A DNA stretch of 64,000 nt, taken from NCBI GenBank assembly GCA_963695855.1, contig CAVOHZ010000003.1, forward strand, positions 32,001 through 96,000, given 5' to 3'. This document shows, piece after piece, positions 54,118 through 63,639 of this stretch. Position numbers and translations under genes: made by a program. The notes under the pieces were generated by a model. It did not search any database. It worked only from the letters and a program-made list of their open reading frames with translations, and had not been told where the DNA came from. Origin of the DNA: an uncultured Nitrososphaerales archaeon (GTDB lineage: Archaea > Thermoproteota > Nitrososphaeria > Nitrososphaerales > Nitrososphaeraceae). The first letter of the stretch is position 1. Each line of letters opens with the position of its first letter.

Positions 54118-55536
54118 TTGGCTAATGGACTAGATATCTTTATTTCATATAAGCGCGGAGAAGGGGATAATGCGGCCAGAGAGATAGAGAATTACCTTAC
54201 TCACAAAAAAAATTATTCAGTATTTAGAGATGTTGACAGGATAGATGGAGAAGAAGACTGGAAGCAGAAAATTATAAGATCAATAAAAAAATCAGATATT
54301 TTCATACTAGTATTAACTCCTTTTGCTTTATCAAGTGTAGAAGTACAGAAGGAGGTAAGAGAGGCCCAGAGATGGAAAAAAAGAATTCTTCCATGCAAAC
54401 TAGATACTATACATATCGAGGAACTGAAATGGAATCTGGGAAAATTAACTATAATCGAGTATTCTGAAAGAAATATTTCTGCTCTCTTGCTATCCATCGA
54501 TAATTCAATCGACACTTTTTTATCTGAAAAAAGAAAACAGTTAGTAAAAAAAGGAATCTCGACAGCTCTATCGATAGTAGCAATAGGATTGGTTACGTAT
54601 ATTTTACTGGGTTATTTTTTAAATCCACAAATAGAGATCAGTTACGAGTCTAATCTTAATATTATAATAGGAACAGATTATGCCCAAATGTTTGTAAATC
54701 TTTCCAGACCTTTTGGTATATCAGTAGATACCTTAGATAACGTGTATGTCGCTGACACCGGAAACAATAGAATTCAAAAGTTTACATCTGATGGTAACTT
54801 TATTAAAAAATGGGGAAGACTTGGTACAGATCCAGGTAAATTCTCCAGACCTAACGGTATAGCAGTAGATACCTCAGGTAACGTGTATGTCGCTGACACC
54901 GACAACAATAGAATTCAAAAGTTTACATCTGATGGTAACTTTATTAAAAAATGGGGCGGAGAGGGTACAGATCCAGGCAAATTCTCCTTTCCTAACGGTA
55001 TATCAGTAGATACCTCAGGTAACGTGTATGTCGCTGACACCTACAACAACAGAATTGAAAAGTTTACATCTGATGGTAACTTTATTAAAAAATGGGGAAG
55101 ACTTGGTACAGATCCAGGCAAATTCTCCAGACCTTCCGGTATAGCAGTAGATACCTCAGGTAACGTGTATGTCGCTGACACCGGGAACAATAGAATTGAA
55201 AAGTTTACATCTGATGGTAACTTTATTAAAAAATGGGGAGAACTTGGTAAAGACATATTTGAATTCTCCTTTCCTTCCGATATAGCAGTAGATACCTCAG
55301 GTAACGTGTATGTTGCAGACACCGACAACAATAGAATTCAAAAGTTTACATCTGATGGTAACTTTATTAAAAAATGGGGCGGAGAGGGTACAGATCTAGA
55401 CAAATTCTCAGGTCCTTCCGGTATATCAGTAGATACCTCAGGTAACGTGTATGTCGCTGACACCTACAACAACAGAATTGAAAAGTTTGCATCTGATGCG
55501 ATATCTATACGTAATAACATCATTGATAGACCTTAA
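54118..55536 (+). CDS. TIR domain - transmembrane helix - 6x NHL repeat protein
   Basis: DIFISY, VFRD, SDIFILVLTP..LSS.EVQKE (TIR with the catalytic-position Glu); KRKQLVKK then a TM helix; six 47-aa NHL repeats. Confidence 0.92.
   Translation: MANGLDIFISYKRGEGDNAAREIENYLTHKKNYSVFRDVDRIDGEEDWKQKIIRSIKKSDIFILVLTPFALSSVEVQKEVREAQRWKKRILPCKLDTIHIEELKWNLGKLTIIEYSERNISALLLSIDNSIDTFLSEKRKQLVKKGISTALSIVAIGLVTYILLGYFLNPQIEISYESNLNIIIGTDYAQMFVNLSRPFGISVDTLDNVYVADTGNNRIQKFTSDGNFIKKWGRLGTDPGKFSRPNGIAVDTSGNVYVADTDNNRIQKFTSDGNFIKKWGGEGTDPGKFSFPNGISVDTSGNVYVADTYNNRIEKFTSDGNFIKKWGRLGTDPGKFSRPSGIAVDTSGNVYVADTGNNRIEKFTSDGNFIKKWGELGKDIFEFSFPSDIAVDTSGNVYVADTDNNRIQKFTSDGNFIKKWGGEGTDLDKFSGPSGISVDTSGNVYVADTYNNRIEKFASDAISIRNNIIDRP
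54700..55500 (+). repeat. Six near-identical 141-bp intragenic tandem repeats
   Basis: Units start at 54700, 54841, 54982, 55123, 55264, 55405 (last one partial). Confidence 0.95.
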
Positions 55537-55605
55537 CAGATACTTTATAATCTCTAGACTGAATCTTGTAGTTCTGTAATAACTATACTGCCTAACATAA
55601 TTTCG

Positions 55606-56220
55606 CTAATCTATTGTTCTCATTAGATATTTTACAATATTCAGATTGAATCTTGTTGTTCTGTAATAACAACAAATATTGTATTTTAGATCGTCAAACA
55701 TAGGATAATAAGTAGAAAGTATATGATACTTACCCTGTCTCCAGCATTCTTCTACTGCATTAAACTCCGGTGAACCAACAGGAAAGTATTCCAATCTGAT
55801 GGTATTTTTATTTATTTGAATCAAGAAATCGTCTTGTAATCTTTGAACAGTGAGGTGTTGCTCTATCCACAACAATTACAATTTTACCAAATGTTTCTTT
55901 CTGTACATGTTTTAGGCAGTCAACAAATGTACTGCTATTAAATTTATCATATTGTTTGAATAATTGTTTACCATCTAAAGATAAACAACCAAATACAATT
56001 GTTCTTTTACGAGAACCAGTTACTATAAGCACAGGTCTTTTTCCTTTTGAGATCCATTTCTTTCTTTTAACTACATAATCGTATACAAATATTGATTCAT
56101 CCTGTACAAGTACAGTCCAATCAGAATTTAGATTCTCAAGAATCTGTTTTATTCTTTTTTGAATTTCATTTTGTCCTTGCATGATACAGTATTTACAAAT
56201 CTTTTCTGCGGTACTTTAGA
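55606..56220 (-). mobile_element. IS630-family transposase remnant (frameshifted)
   Basis: VQDESIF, VDRATPH, PVGSPEFNAVEECW in adjacent frames. Confidence 0.85.
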
Positions 56221-56583
56221 CTTGAATCCATACACTTGGCTTAAATCTAAAATTTGCTTTTATTTATTCTAAAAATAGGAGTAAAAATCCCTCGCAACCC
56301 AACGGACCAGTACTTTTCTCGGGTTCATCCACTTCAATTCTTTTTTATCTATGATCTGTCTCGCTGTCTCTAAAGTGATTCTGCCCTTGATACTGACTTC
56401 TTGGAGTATCCAAATGATAATGATAATATCTAATGAAATGACTTAGAAAATATTGATGAATATATGTAATTGCTAATATATTACCTTCAATTATACAAAT
56501 AAATAGATCATACATACAGAAATATGACTATCCAATGGACATCAGTACATACGTTTGTATATCTTAGTAACGTATATATAATC

Positions 56584-57189
56584 ATGTCAACAAAAGAAGA
56601 AATAAAAAGAAATGAAAATATAGCTGTAAATGAACTAGAATTTAATGAAAAAAATACAACTAAATTTAACAAAGACAACAAGAATTTCAATGAAAGAACA
56701 AATAGAGACTACAATAATACCTTAAATCAACAACAAGATGTAATAAACAAGACACTTGACAACACCTTACATAATATAAAGAGAGCTACTGATGAAGCTA
56801 CACGAGAAATTCCAAAATACACACAACGTATAGCTGAATATCAAGAACAAACTATTCAAACTATAAAAGATATTGCCTCTGACTTTATTGAAGCAGAAAA
56901 AGAAGTAATAAACTCTTTTCAATCACAAGTAGAAAGAAATAGTGGTGTAAACTCCACCGGATTATGGGACTTTTATAATCCACAGAAAATTGTTGAAAAT
57001 CACGCAGTACTGGTGAATAACTTTACAAGTTACCTGTTAAATACCAGCAATCTCATAAATAACGCTCTAGCATCAAATATGAGAGTGTATAAAACAGCAC
57101 TTGAACAAACACGTGAGAATATAAAAGCTTTGGTAAGAACAAATACCAGTTACATAAAATCAGTAGGAGAATCAGTTAATAGACAATGA
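56584..57189 (+). CDS. Phasin-like family protein (copy 7), inverted recent duplicate of copy 6
   Basis: Near-identical protein to 49844-50470; upstream and downstream non-coding flanks also align. Confidence 0.65.
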   Translation: MSTKEEIKRNENIAVNELEFNEKNTTKFNKDNKNFNERTNRDYNNTLNQQQDVINKTLDNTLHNIKRATDEATREIPKYTQRIAEYQEQTIQTIKDIASDFIEAEKEVINSFQSQVERNSGVNSTGLWDFYNPQKIVENHAVLVNNFTSYLLNTSNLINNALASNMRVYKTALEQTRENIKALVRTNTSYIKSVGESVNRQ

Positions 57190-57327
57190 TTTAGAAATAA
57201 TACCAGTAACTAAAAATCTACTAGGTTTTAATATATAACCTAGTCTAATAATCTTTGGTATTTTTTTTAAATTATATTATTATTAATATTTATTTTATTT
57301 TATAAGCAAATTAATAATTATTACTTA

Positions 57328-58243
57328 GAGCCTATCCCAAAAATAGATAGGAATATAGCTCATTGATTTCTTTATCATATCTAATAATGTTTGAGTAAGA
57401 ATAAAAAGTATGGTAGAACAATTATACGTATTGCAGGCGATCTGTGGAATGAAATTAAAAATATTTTACCTGTTGAAAAACCAGACAATACAATAGGTCG
57501 TCCAATTGTTCCATATCGAAAAGTATTTGATGGCATCATGTTTATCCTGAGAACTGGATGTCAGTGGAAATTGTTACCCAAAGACTATGGTTCTGGTTCA
57601 ACATGTCACAGAAGATTTCAGGAATGGAGGCAATCAGGTATCTTTGATAAATTATGCATCAGATTACTAAAATTATATGATGACAAGAAGGGAATTAAGT
57701 GGAACTGGCAATCACTTGACAGCATCTCGATAAAATCACCTTTAGGGGGGGCATTGACAGGTCATAATCCTACTGATAGAAGCAAATTAGGAACCAAAAG
57801 ACATATTTTAACAGATAAAGAAGGAATTCCCCTTTCCACTGTTATAACATCTGCAAATACTCACGATGTTACCGCTGTCATTGATACAGTTAACAGCATG
57901 GTTATCAAAAGACCGTTTTCAAAATCAACAACAAAATACAGAAACAAGAACAAGAAGAAAAAACAGAATCTATGTCTTGATAAAGCATATCATTCCAAAG
58001 AAGTAGAACAAGAAGTTATCAAAAGAGGATACATTCCACATATACGACATAGAAGACAAGAAAAGAAACTCAACAAGAACCATCCTGCAAGAAGATGGGT
58101 GGTAGAGGAGAGAACAAATTGATGACATAACAGATTCAGAAAGTTATTTACAAGATATGAAAAGAAGGATGAGAACTATCTCGGTCTTGTACAATTGGCT
58201 AATAGCATAATTGTTTATAGGAGGTTAATTTTGGGATAGGCTT
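57328..58243 (+). mobile_element. IS5-family element (IS1031-like), 916 bp, transposase damaged near the C-terminus
   Basis: IRs (G/A)AGCCTATCCCAAAA; TTA duplicated on both sides; LRTGCQW, TCHRRFQEW, GTKRH, DKAY, RRWVVE followed by a frameshift and stops. Confidence 0.92.
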
Positions 58244-58299
58244 TTAATATATTTTCACAGATAAGGTAAACGTAATACAATTTTTATCTTTGACAGTTC

Positions 58300-59148
58300 T
58301 CATAGCTTATTTTTAACTTTTGGTTTTATCTTCAAGGTTGGGATTAAAAAACAGATCAAAGAATGGTAGACCACCAGAAATACCACAAGAGATAGTACAC
58401 GAGATAAAAAATGAACTATCTTCCAGCAAACAAGGTGGACTACAAAACAGGTAGAAGATCTGATTGTGAACAAGAGTGGTGGAATCAGATATCATTATAC
58501 ACATATATACAGACTCATGCACAAGTGGGGATTCAAGCAGAAGGTACCAAGAAAGGTACATGTTAATACAGCATCAAAAGAAGAGAAAGAAAATTTTAAA
58601 AAACAGCCAGAACGATTCTGGATAATCTAAAAGATGAATTTACTGCTGTATCGCTTGATGAATGATTCTTTTTCTATGATTCACTTGTAAGAAGAAGAGT
58701 ATGGATAAGAAAAGATGAAAGACCAGTCGTAAAAATTACAGGATCCCATCAGGGATCAGTTCTATTTGGTGCCACAAGTTTAGAAGGAAAAAAGTTATTC
58801 AGACAGTATGACTGGTTTGATGAAAATACCTTTTTACATTACCTAAAACAGATACACAGAAAGTTTCCAAAATGTTATCTGTTTCTTGATAAGGCAAAAC
58901 AGCATTACAGATCAAAAAAGGTACTGAGATATTTTGCTGTCAATAAAGATAGTTTGATTCCAGTTTATCTTCCAACAGCATCTTCTGAATTTATGGTACT
59001 GGAAGAGATATGGCATATAGCCAAGAATGATCTGCTTGTTCTACAATACTATTCATCATTTACAGATTTTAAAAATAAAATATCCACATATTTTAGAACA
59101 AAAAGATTCAATCTGGATATGAGGAATTACTTAGTTGGAGGGGAGTAA
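58300..59148 (+). mobile_element. IS630-family transposase remnant
   Basis: GRPP, HKWGFKQKVPRK, SLDE*FF, FLDKAKQH, LPTASSEFMVLEEIW fragments with stops. Confidence 0.85.
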
Positions 59149-59159
59149 GCATACTTATC

Positions 59160-59468
59160 CTAATTGGTATTGTAAAATATGTCTGAACTAGTTGATCCTA
59201 ACTGGTCGTCATCTTTTTGTTTTCTCTTGGTTTTAAGATATCTTAAAATTATTTCACTACTTTTGATATCTGAGAATTTAACTTGATTTTCTGAATCTGA
59301 ATCTAAGTAATTCGCGAAGGAAAGCATCACTTTTAGATTGTTATTTAGATGACGTTCGGACACTTCACAGGATTTCATGAATTCATGATAGTTTCTTACA
59401 AGTAATTGGTTCTCCTTATTTGATATTCAGTCTATTTTTTTTACAGTTGTAGATAGGTTTACTGGCAT
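59160..59468 (-). pseudogene. Tyrosine integrase N-terminal remnant adjacent to tRNA
   Basis: MPVNLSTTVKKI*..FMK....SERHLNNNLK....FA..L; resembles Nitrososphaerales integrase N-termini as recalled; truncated next to IS630. Confidence 0.65.
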
Positions 59469-59568
59469 ACTAGTTTTTCCCTCTCCTTTTTCTGGTTGTC
59501 TGAGTTGATATCACAACTACTACTGTCTATTTTATTGTACGAATTAGTATTTAATCCCAATTGGTCAG

Positions 59569-59642
59569 TGGGCCTAAAGGGGTTTGAACCCTTGACCTAC
59601 CGGTTATGAGCCGGTCGCTCTGCCAGGCTAAGCTATAGGCCC
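59569..59642 (-). tRNA. tRNA with CAT anticodon, probably tRNA-Ile2
   Basis: GGGCCTATAGCTTAGCCTGGCAGAGCGACCGGCTCATAACCGGTAGGTCAAGGGTTCAAACCCCTTTAGGCCCA folds as a cloverleaf; the GGGCC acceptor fits Ile2 rather than initiator Met. Confidence 0.9.
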
Positions 59643-59764
59643 AAATTTTTTATATTTTAATAGTATCAAAATTCATTGGATATAAAAATTTTAAGTTTAT
59701 CCAAGTTATTTTTATCTTTTTTTCTGCGAATAATATTTATTCTAAACAATAAAAAGAAAAATCT

Positions 59765-60523
59765 TTAACTACAGACATATTTTTCATATACAGAATCAAG
59801 AACAAGATTTTGTAATTGTAATGATTGAATTGCTGTATTTATTATGTCATCGTTTTCTAGCCCATCCTTTAGTGAATGTATATTTGAATCAGTCATAATA
59901 GTTTCCCAGAGCTTCGAGTGTTTTATATCTACTGTCTGATGAATCTTGAAGTAGTTGAGAGCAACATCACTATTGATTCCATAAAACTTATCCAAGCCGT
60001 CTATTTTGATAGAACTTATTTTTGGAATTTGTTTTTCCAGGGAATACATTGCAGCAGCTCCATTTAGAAAAGATAAAGAGGATAATTTTTCTAACTTATT
60101 TATTGCTTGATCAATCTCTTTTGTTCCGTCATATTCAATTATTTCCTTTCTAGTTAATCCCAATGAAAGAGCAAAGTTGATCCACGGTTCAATATGTTCA
60201 GATTCTTCAATTTGCACCTGTTTAATATTTTCCAAGTACTTGGTTCTATAATCATTGGTTTCCAGATCTAAATTAACATTATCACCTGACATCTGAGTGG
60301 ATCCATTGTAATAAATATTTTCTACGAATTTTGGTACTGCTTTTACCAACTGGAAATATTCTTTTGAATACCCTCGTAGATGATCAATAGTCAATTTTCC
60401 TTTTGTCCACATTGTATAAAAACGATGTTTAAGTAAACTTCTTTGTTCAATCTCATAGTCAATCTCTTCTATAATAAACATTAAATTATTTGGAAATGTT
60501 AAGGTATTATCGCGGTTTTTCAT
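59765..60523 (-). CDS. CADD/PqqC/TenA-like heme-oxygenase-fold diiron protein
   Basis: LLKHRFY..W..G.L, EESEH...W, YSLE, KIDGL..FYG, YF.IH..VD..H; track start 60640 abuts the tRNA, so ATG 60523 is preferred. Confidence 0.85.
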   Translation of the reverse strand: MKNRDNTLTFPNNLMFIIEEIDYEIEQRSLLKHRFYTMWTKGKLTIDHLRGYSKEYFQLVKAVPKFVENIYYNGSTQMSGDNVNLDLETNDYRTKYLENIKQVQIEESEHIEPWINFALSLGLTRKEIIEYDGTKEIDQAINKLEKLSSLSFLNGAAAMYSLEKQIPKISSIKIDGLDKFYGINSDVALNYFKIHQTVDIKHSKLWETIMTDSNIHSLKDGLENDDIINTAIQSLQLQNLVLDSVYEKYVCS

Positions 60524-60640
60524 ATGTTGATTTAATCCAATTGAGAATAGAAAAACCTTTTGAATTTTATTTTTTATTAAAAGAAGATTTTTCCTATTAA
60601 GAAAAGATTTTATTAGAATCCAAACAAGAAAGTTTTGCAT

Positions 60641-60736
60641 GCTCCGGTGGTGTAGTAGCTAAATATGCTGCATAGTCCGGTCAAGCATTGTGGCCTTTCG
60701 AGTCGCAGATCCCGGGTTCAAATCCCGGCCGGAGCA
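60641..60736 (+). tRNA. tRNA-Glu(TTC) with a ~20-nt intron in the D-loop region
   Basis: Removing ~60657-60676 gives a 76-nt cloverleaf GCTCCGG...CTTTCGA...CCGGAGCA. Confidence 0.9.
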
Positions 60737-60841
60737 AGATTTTAGATTAAACCATATTCTCATAATTCGAGCTTTTCAGATTCAATTTCATAGTAGCATT
60801 AATATGCTAATAATTTTAAATCTAGACGTAAGTTAGAGTAC

Positions 60842-61834
60842 TTGGATGAGAATTCTACTGGTAGTAACAACATGGACCGAAAGTCAGTGAATCCATTGAC
60901 GGAACAGTTCGGTGATTTTCTTTTAAGAATTAACACTATTTTAAAAAGAGAACTAGATCTATATTCATGGTCGGAGTTTTATTCTCCTTTAAAATACGCA
61001 TGCGAGGGAGGAAAGCGGATACGTCCACTTATATTGGTTTTATCTTCTGAAATAATTGGATCAAAGAATTTTCAATCAAACAGTAACCAAGTGACCATCG
61101 GAGATAGAAGATTGGACAATAATATCTCAACAAGATATTCAGATATTATTGAGTCAAAAATAGACGAAAATACCTACCTTGCAGCCTCTGCGATAGAACT
61201 TCTACACACCGAATCTGTCATACATGATGACATTATTGACGAAGATGAAGTAAGGCGAGGTAAACCTTCCTTTCATGTAAAATATGGGTATAATAATAGC
61301 ATATTGACTGCAGATTTTGTTTTGGGAATTATTCTAAATATTACCTCAAAACTGAATAATCCTCAAATTGCTTCTGAAATAGCGAATGCTGCGATAAGAA
61401 TGAGCGAGGGAGAAATAATGGAAATTAGATTAAACAAAGATAATAGCATTACAGAAGACGATTATATCAAAGTACTAGAAAATAAGACAGCCTCATTATT
61501 TGAATCCTCTGCAAGAATTGGAGCCATTCTTGGAGGTGGAAACGAAAATGAGATCCAATCTATGGGAAATTTTGGTAATCTAATGGGTATTGCATATCAA
61601 ATTCATGATGACCTAGACGATTGGAATAATGAGGATAGATTATTTAATCTACTAATGAAACAGAATAATCACTCTAATGTAATTGTAAAAAGAATGGAAA
61701 ACTTATATAGATCTTATTCAATCAAAGCAAAGAACGAGTTAAACCTGGTAACGAATAATGTTGAAAGTAAATTAACGAAAAGACTTAGACACCAATTAGA
61801 AGAATTAACAAATTTGAATATGATATCATTTTGA
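60842..61834 (+). CDS. Trans-polyprenyl diphosphate synthase
   Basis: GGKRIRP, HDDIID...RRG, KTA, QIHDDLDD. Confidence 0.92.
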   Translation: MDENSTGSNNMDRKSVNPLTEQFGDFLLRINTILKRELDLYSWSEFYSPLKYACEGGKRIRPLILVLSSEIIGSKNFQSNSNQVTIGDRRLDNNISTRYSDIIESKIDENTYLAASAIELLHTESVIHDDIIDEDEVRRGKPSFHVKYGYNNSILTADFVLGIILNITSKLNNPQIASEIANAAIRMSEGEIMEIRLNKDNSITEDDYIKVLENKTASLFESSARIGAILGGGNENEIQSMGNFGNLMGIAYQIHDDLDDWNNEDRLFNLLMKQNNHSNVIVKRMENLYRSYSIKAKNELNLVTNNVESKLTKRLRHQLEELTNLNMISF

Positions 61835-61852
61835 TAGTTTCTCCCCAATTAC

Positions 61853-61871
61853 TCCCTAATTAAATTAGGGA
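61853..61871. terminator. Inverted repeat between convergent genes (possible terminator or protein-binding site)
   Basis: TCCCTAATT-A-AATTAGGGA, 18 bp after the prenyltransferase stop. Confidence 0.4.
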
Positions 61872-62067
61872 AAATTCATAAATTTACAAGATTGTCTTAA
61901 ATTGGAGCATCTATTCTAATAATTTTTTGATAAAATATAAAATTGCTATTCTTTTAACAGCTCATTTATATATATTAATTTCAGTTTCCTTTTTGTTATC
62001 TTTTTTGTTTCTAGTATTTTGACCAATAAATTTCGGTACTAAAAAGAAAATGATAGATTTTCGTAAA

Positions 62068-63603
62068 CTATTTTCCGCCAACCTGAGCTAAAATTTGATC
62101 AAATGGAGGTGGCGAAGAAAGTGATGCAAATTCCAACAACGGAGCATGCCATATTCCAAATCCTACCATAAAGATCATTCCAAATATCAGGACAGCCAGT
62201 ATTGCTCTTGGTTCTTTAATTCTTGACATATCGTTACTTTCATCTAGATACATTTTTCTAATTATCCATAAATAGTATCCAAGTGATAGTGCACTATTTA
62301 ATACTCCAGCTATGGCAAGATACGGACCCCACGATATTACGGTACCGCTATCAATAGCTGATTGAAATAGAACCAATTTGCTCCAGAATCCGTTTAATGG
62401 AGGAACTCCAGCCAATGCTAACAAAGAAATAGTAAGTGCTATTGCCGTTAGTGGCATTCGCTTGCCAAGGCCCATGTATTTATCCAGACTATAACTTGCA
62501 AGTCCTATAGCAACGGCAGCAATCGCAAGAAAGGCAACGGATTTCATTACGGCATGATTTAGAATATGAAAAAGCGAGCCGTCTAATGCCATTGCTGAAT
62601 AGGGTGCGATTGCCAAACCTATCATTATGTAACCAGCTTGCGCGATACTGGAGTATGCCATGATCCTTGGAACACTTTTCTGTATTAATGCTCCTAGGTT
62701 TCCAATAGTCATAGTAATTATTGCCAAAATCGCCAGGACAAAACTCCAGTCTAGACCAATTACAAACATCCCAATTATTACCACACGTATTGCTGCGGCA
62801 AAACCCGCTTTTTTGGTACCAGCGGCTAGCAAGGCGCCTATTGTTGTTGGAGCGCCTTCATATGTGTCTGGAAGCCACATGTGAAATGGAACAAGACCAA
62901 TCTTGAAGCCGAAACCAGCAATAAGCATACCTATTGCAAGATATGAAATTGGTATAACTCCGCCAATGATTTGTCCCGGTCCAGATTGAGATACAGTATC
63001 AGCCAATACTTTCATGGATTCCCCAATATTTGTAGTTCCTGTAGCACCATATACGAAGCCTATTGCCAACACAATCAAAGCAGAAGAAAGAGCTCCAAAC
63101 ATGAAATATTTTATTGCTGCCTCGTTGGAAATAGGATCTTTCTTTGCATATGCCGCAAGAGCATAAGTAGGAATAGACATCAATTCCCAGGCAATAAATA
63201 ACATTACAAGGTCGGTTGAGTAGGCTATTAGAACCATACCTATAGTGGATAACAGGATCAGAGAATAGTAAGAAGCAGGACTGGATATGCCTCGAATATA
63301 ATTCCAAGATGACGCTGAAACCATTATTGAGACAATCAGCAATGTAATTGCAAAGAATGATCCAAACATGTCATCTGCGACAACATCTGCACCAAGGTTC
63401 ATAGCAGGTAGTGGTTCTCCTCCAATTACTCTAGAAATGACTAAAAGTATGGAAACTATTAGAATTCCAAAGGTCATTGCACTAAATAGTTTGTTCTTGT
63501 TTCTTCCTTTTTCTTTTCTAATAGCGTCAATAACAGGTATAACAAGGCCTACTGTGCCTAACAGGATTATTATCAGTATTGGTGTTGACGAAATATCAAT
63601 CAT
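62068..63603 (-). CDS. nuoN: NADH-quinone oxidoreductase subunit N
   Basis: WELMS, EAAIKYF, FKIGLVPFHMWLPDTYEGAPT, AYSSI, LAGVPP..GF.SK. Confidence 0.95.
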   Translation of the reverse strand: MIDISSTPILIIILLGTVGLVIPVIDAIRKEKGRNKNKLFSAMTFGILIVSILLVISRVIGGEPLPAMNLGADVVADDMFGSFFAITLLIVSIMVSASSWNYIRGISSPASYYSLILLSTIGMVLIAYSTDLVMLFIAWELMSIPTYALAAYAKKDPISNEAAIKYFMFGALSSALIVLAIGFVYGATGTTNIGESMKVLADTVSQSGPGQIIGGVIPISYLAIGMLIAGFGFKIGLVPFHMWLPDTYEGAPTTIGALLAAGTKKAGFAAAIRVVIIGMFVIGLDWSFVLAILAIITMTIGNLGALIQKSVPRIMAYSSIAQAGYIMIGLAIAPYSAMALDGSLFHILNHAVMKSVAFLAIAAVAIGLASYSLDKYMGLGKRMPLTAIALTISLLALAGVPPLNGFWSKLVLFQSAIDSGTVISWGPYLAIAGVLNSALSLGYYLWIIRKMYLDESNDMSRIKEPRAILAVLIFGMIFMVGFGIWHAPLLEFASLSSPPPFDQILAQVGGK

Positions 63604-63639
63604 TTCTATTTTTCATATCCTCCCTTCTTTCATTTTCTC

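Larger units (their letters stand above)
34014..59587. mobile_element. Genomic island integrated at tRNA(CAT), ~25.6 kb
   Basis: 19-bp direct repeat TGGGCCTAAAGGGGTTTGA at 34014-34032 and 59569-59587 (tRNA 3' end); integrase remnant next to the tRNA; IS-rich cargo. Confidence 0.8.

Noticed and set aside
54700-55500. NHL repeats as a CRISPR array or a diversity-generating retroelement target
   Set aside because: The repeats are in-frame coding units, variation is not adenine-specific, and no reverse transcriptase or template repeat is present.
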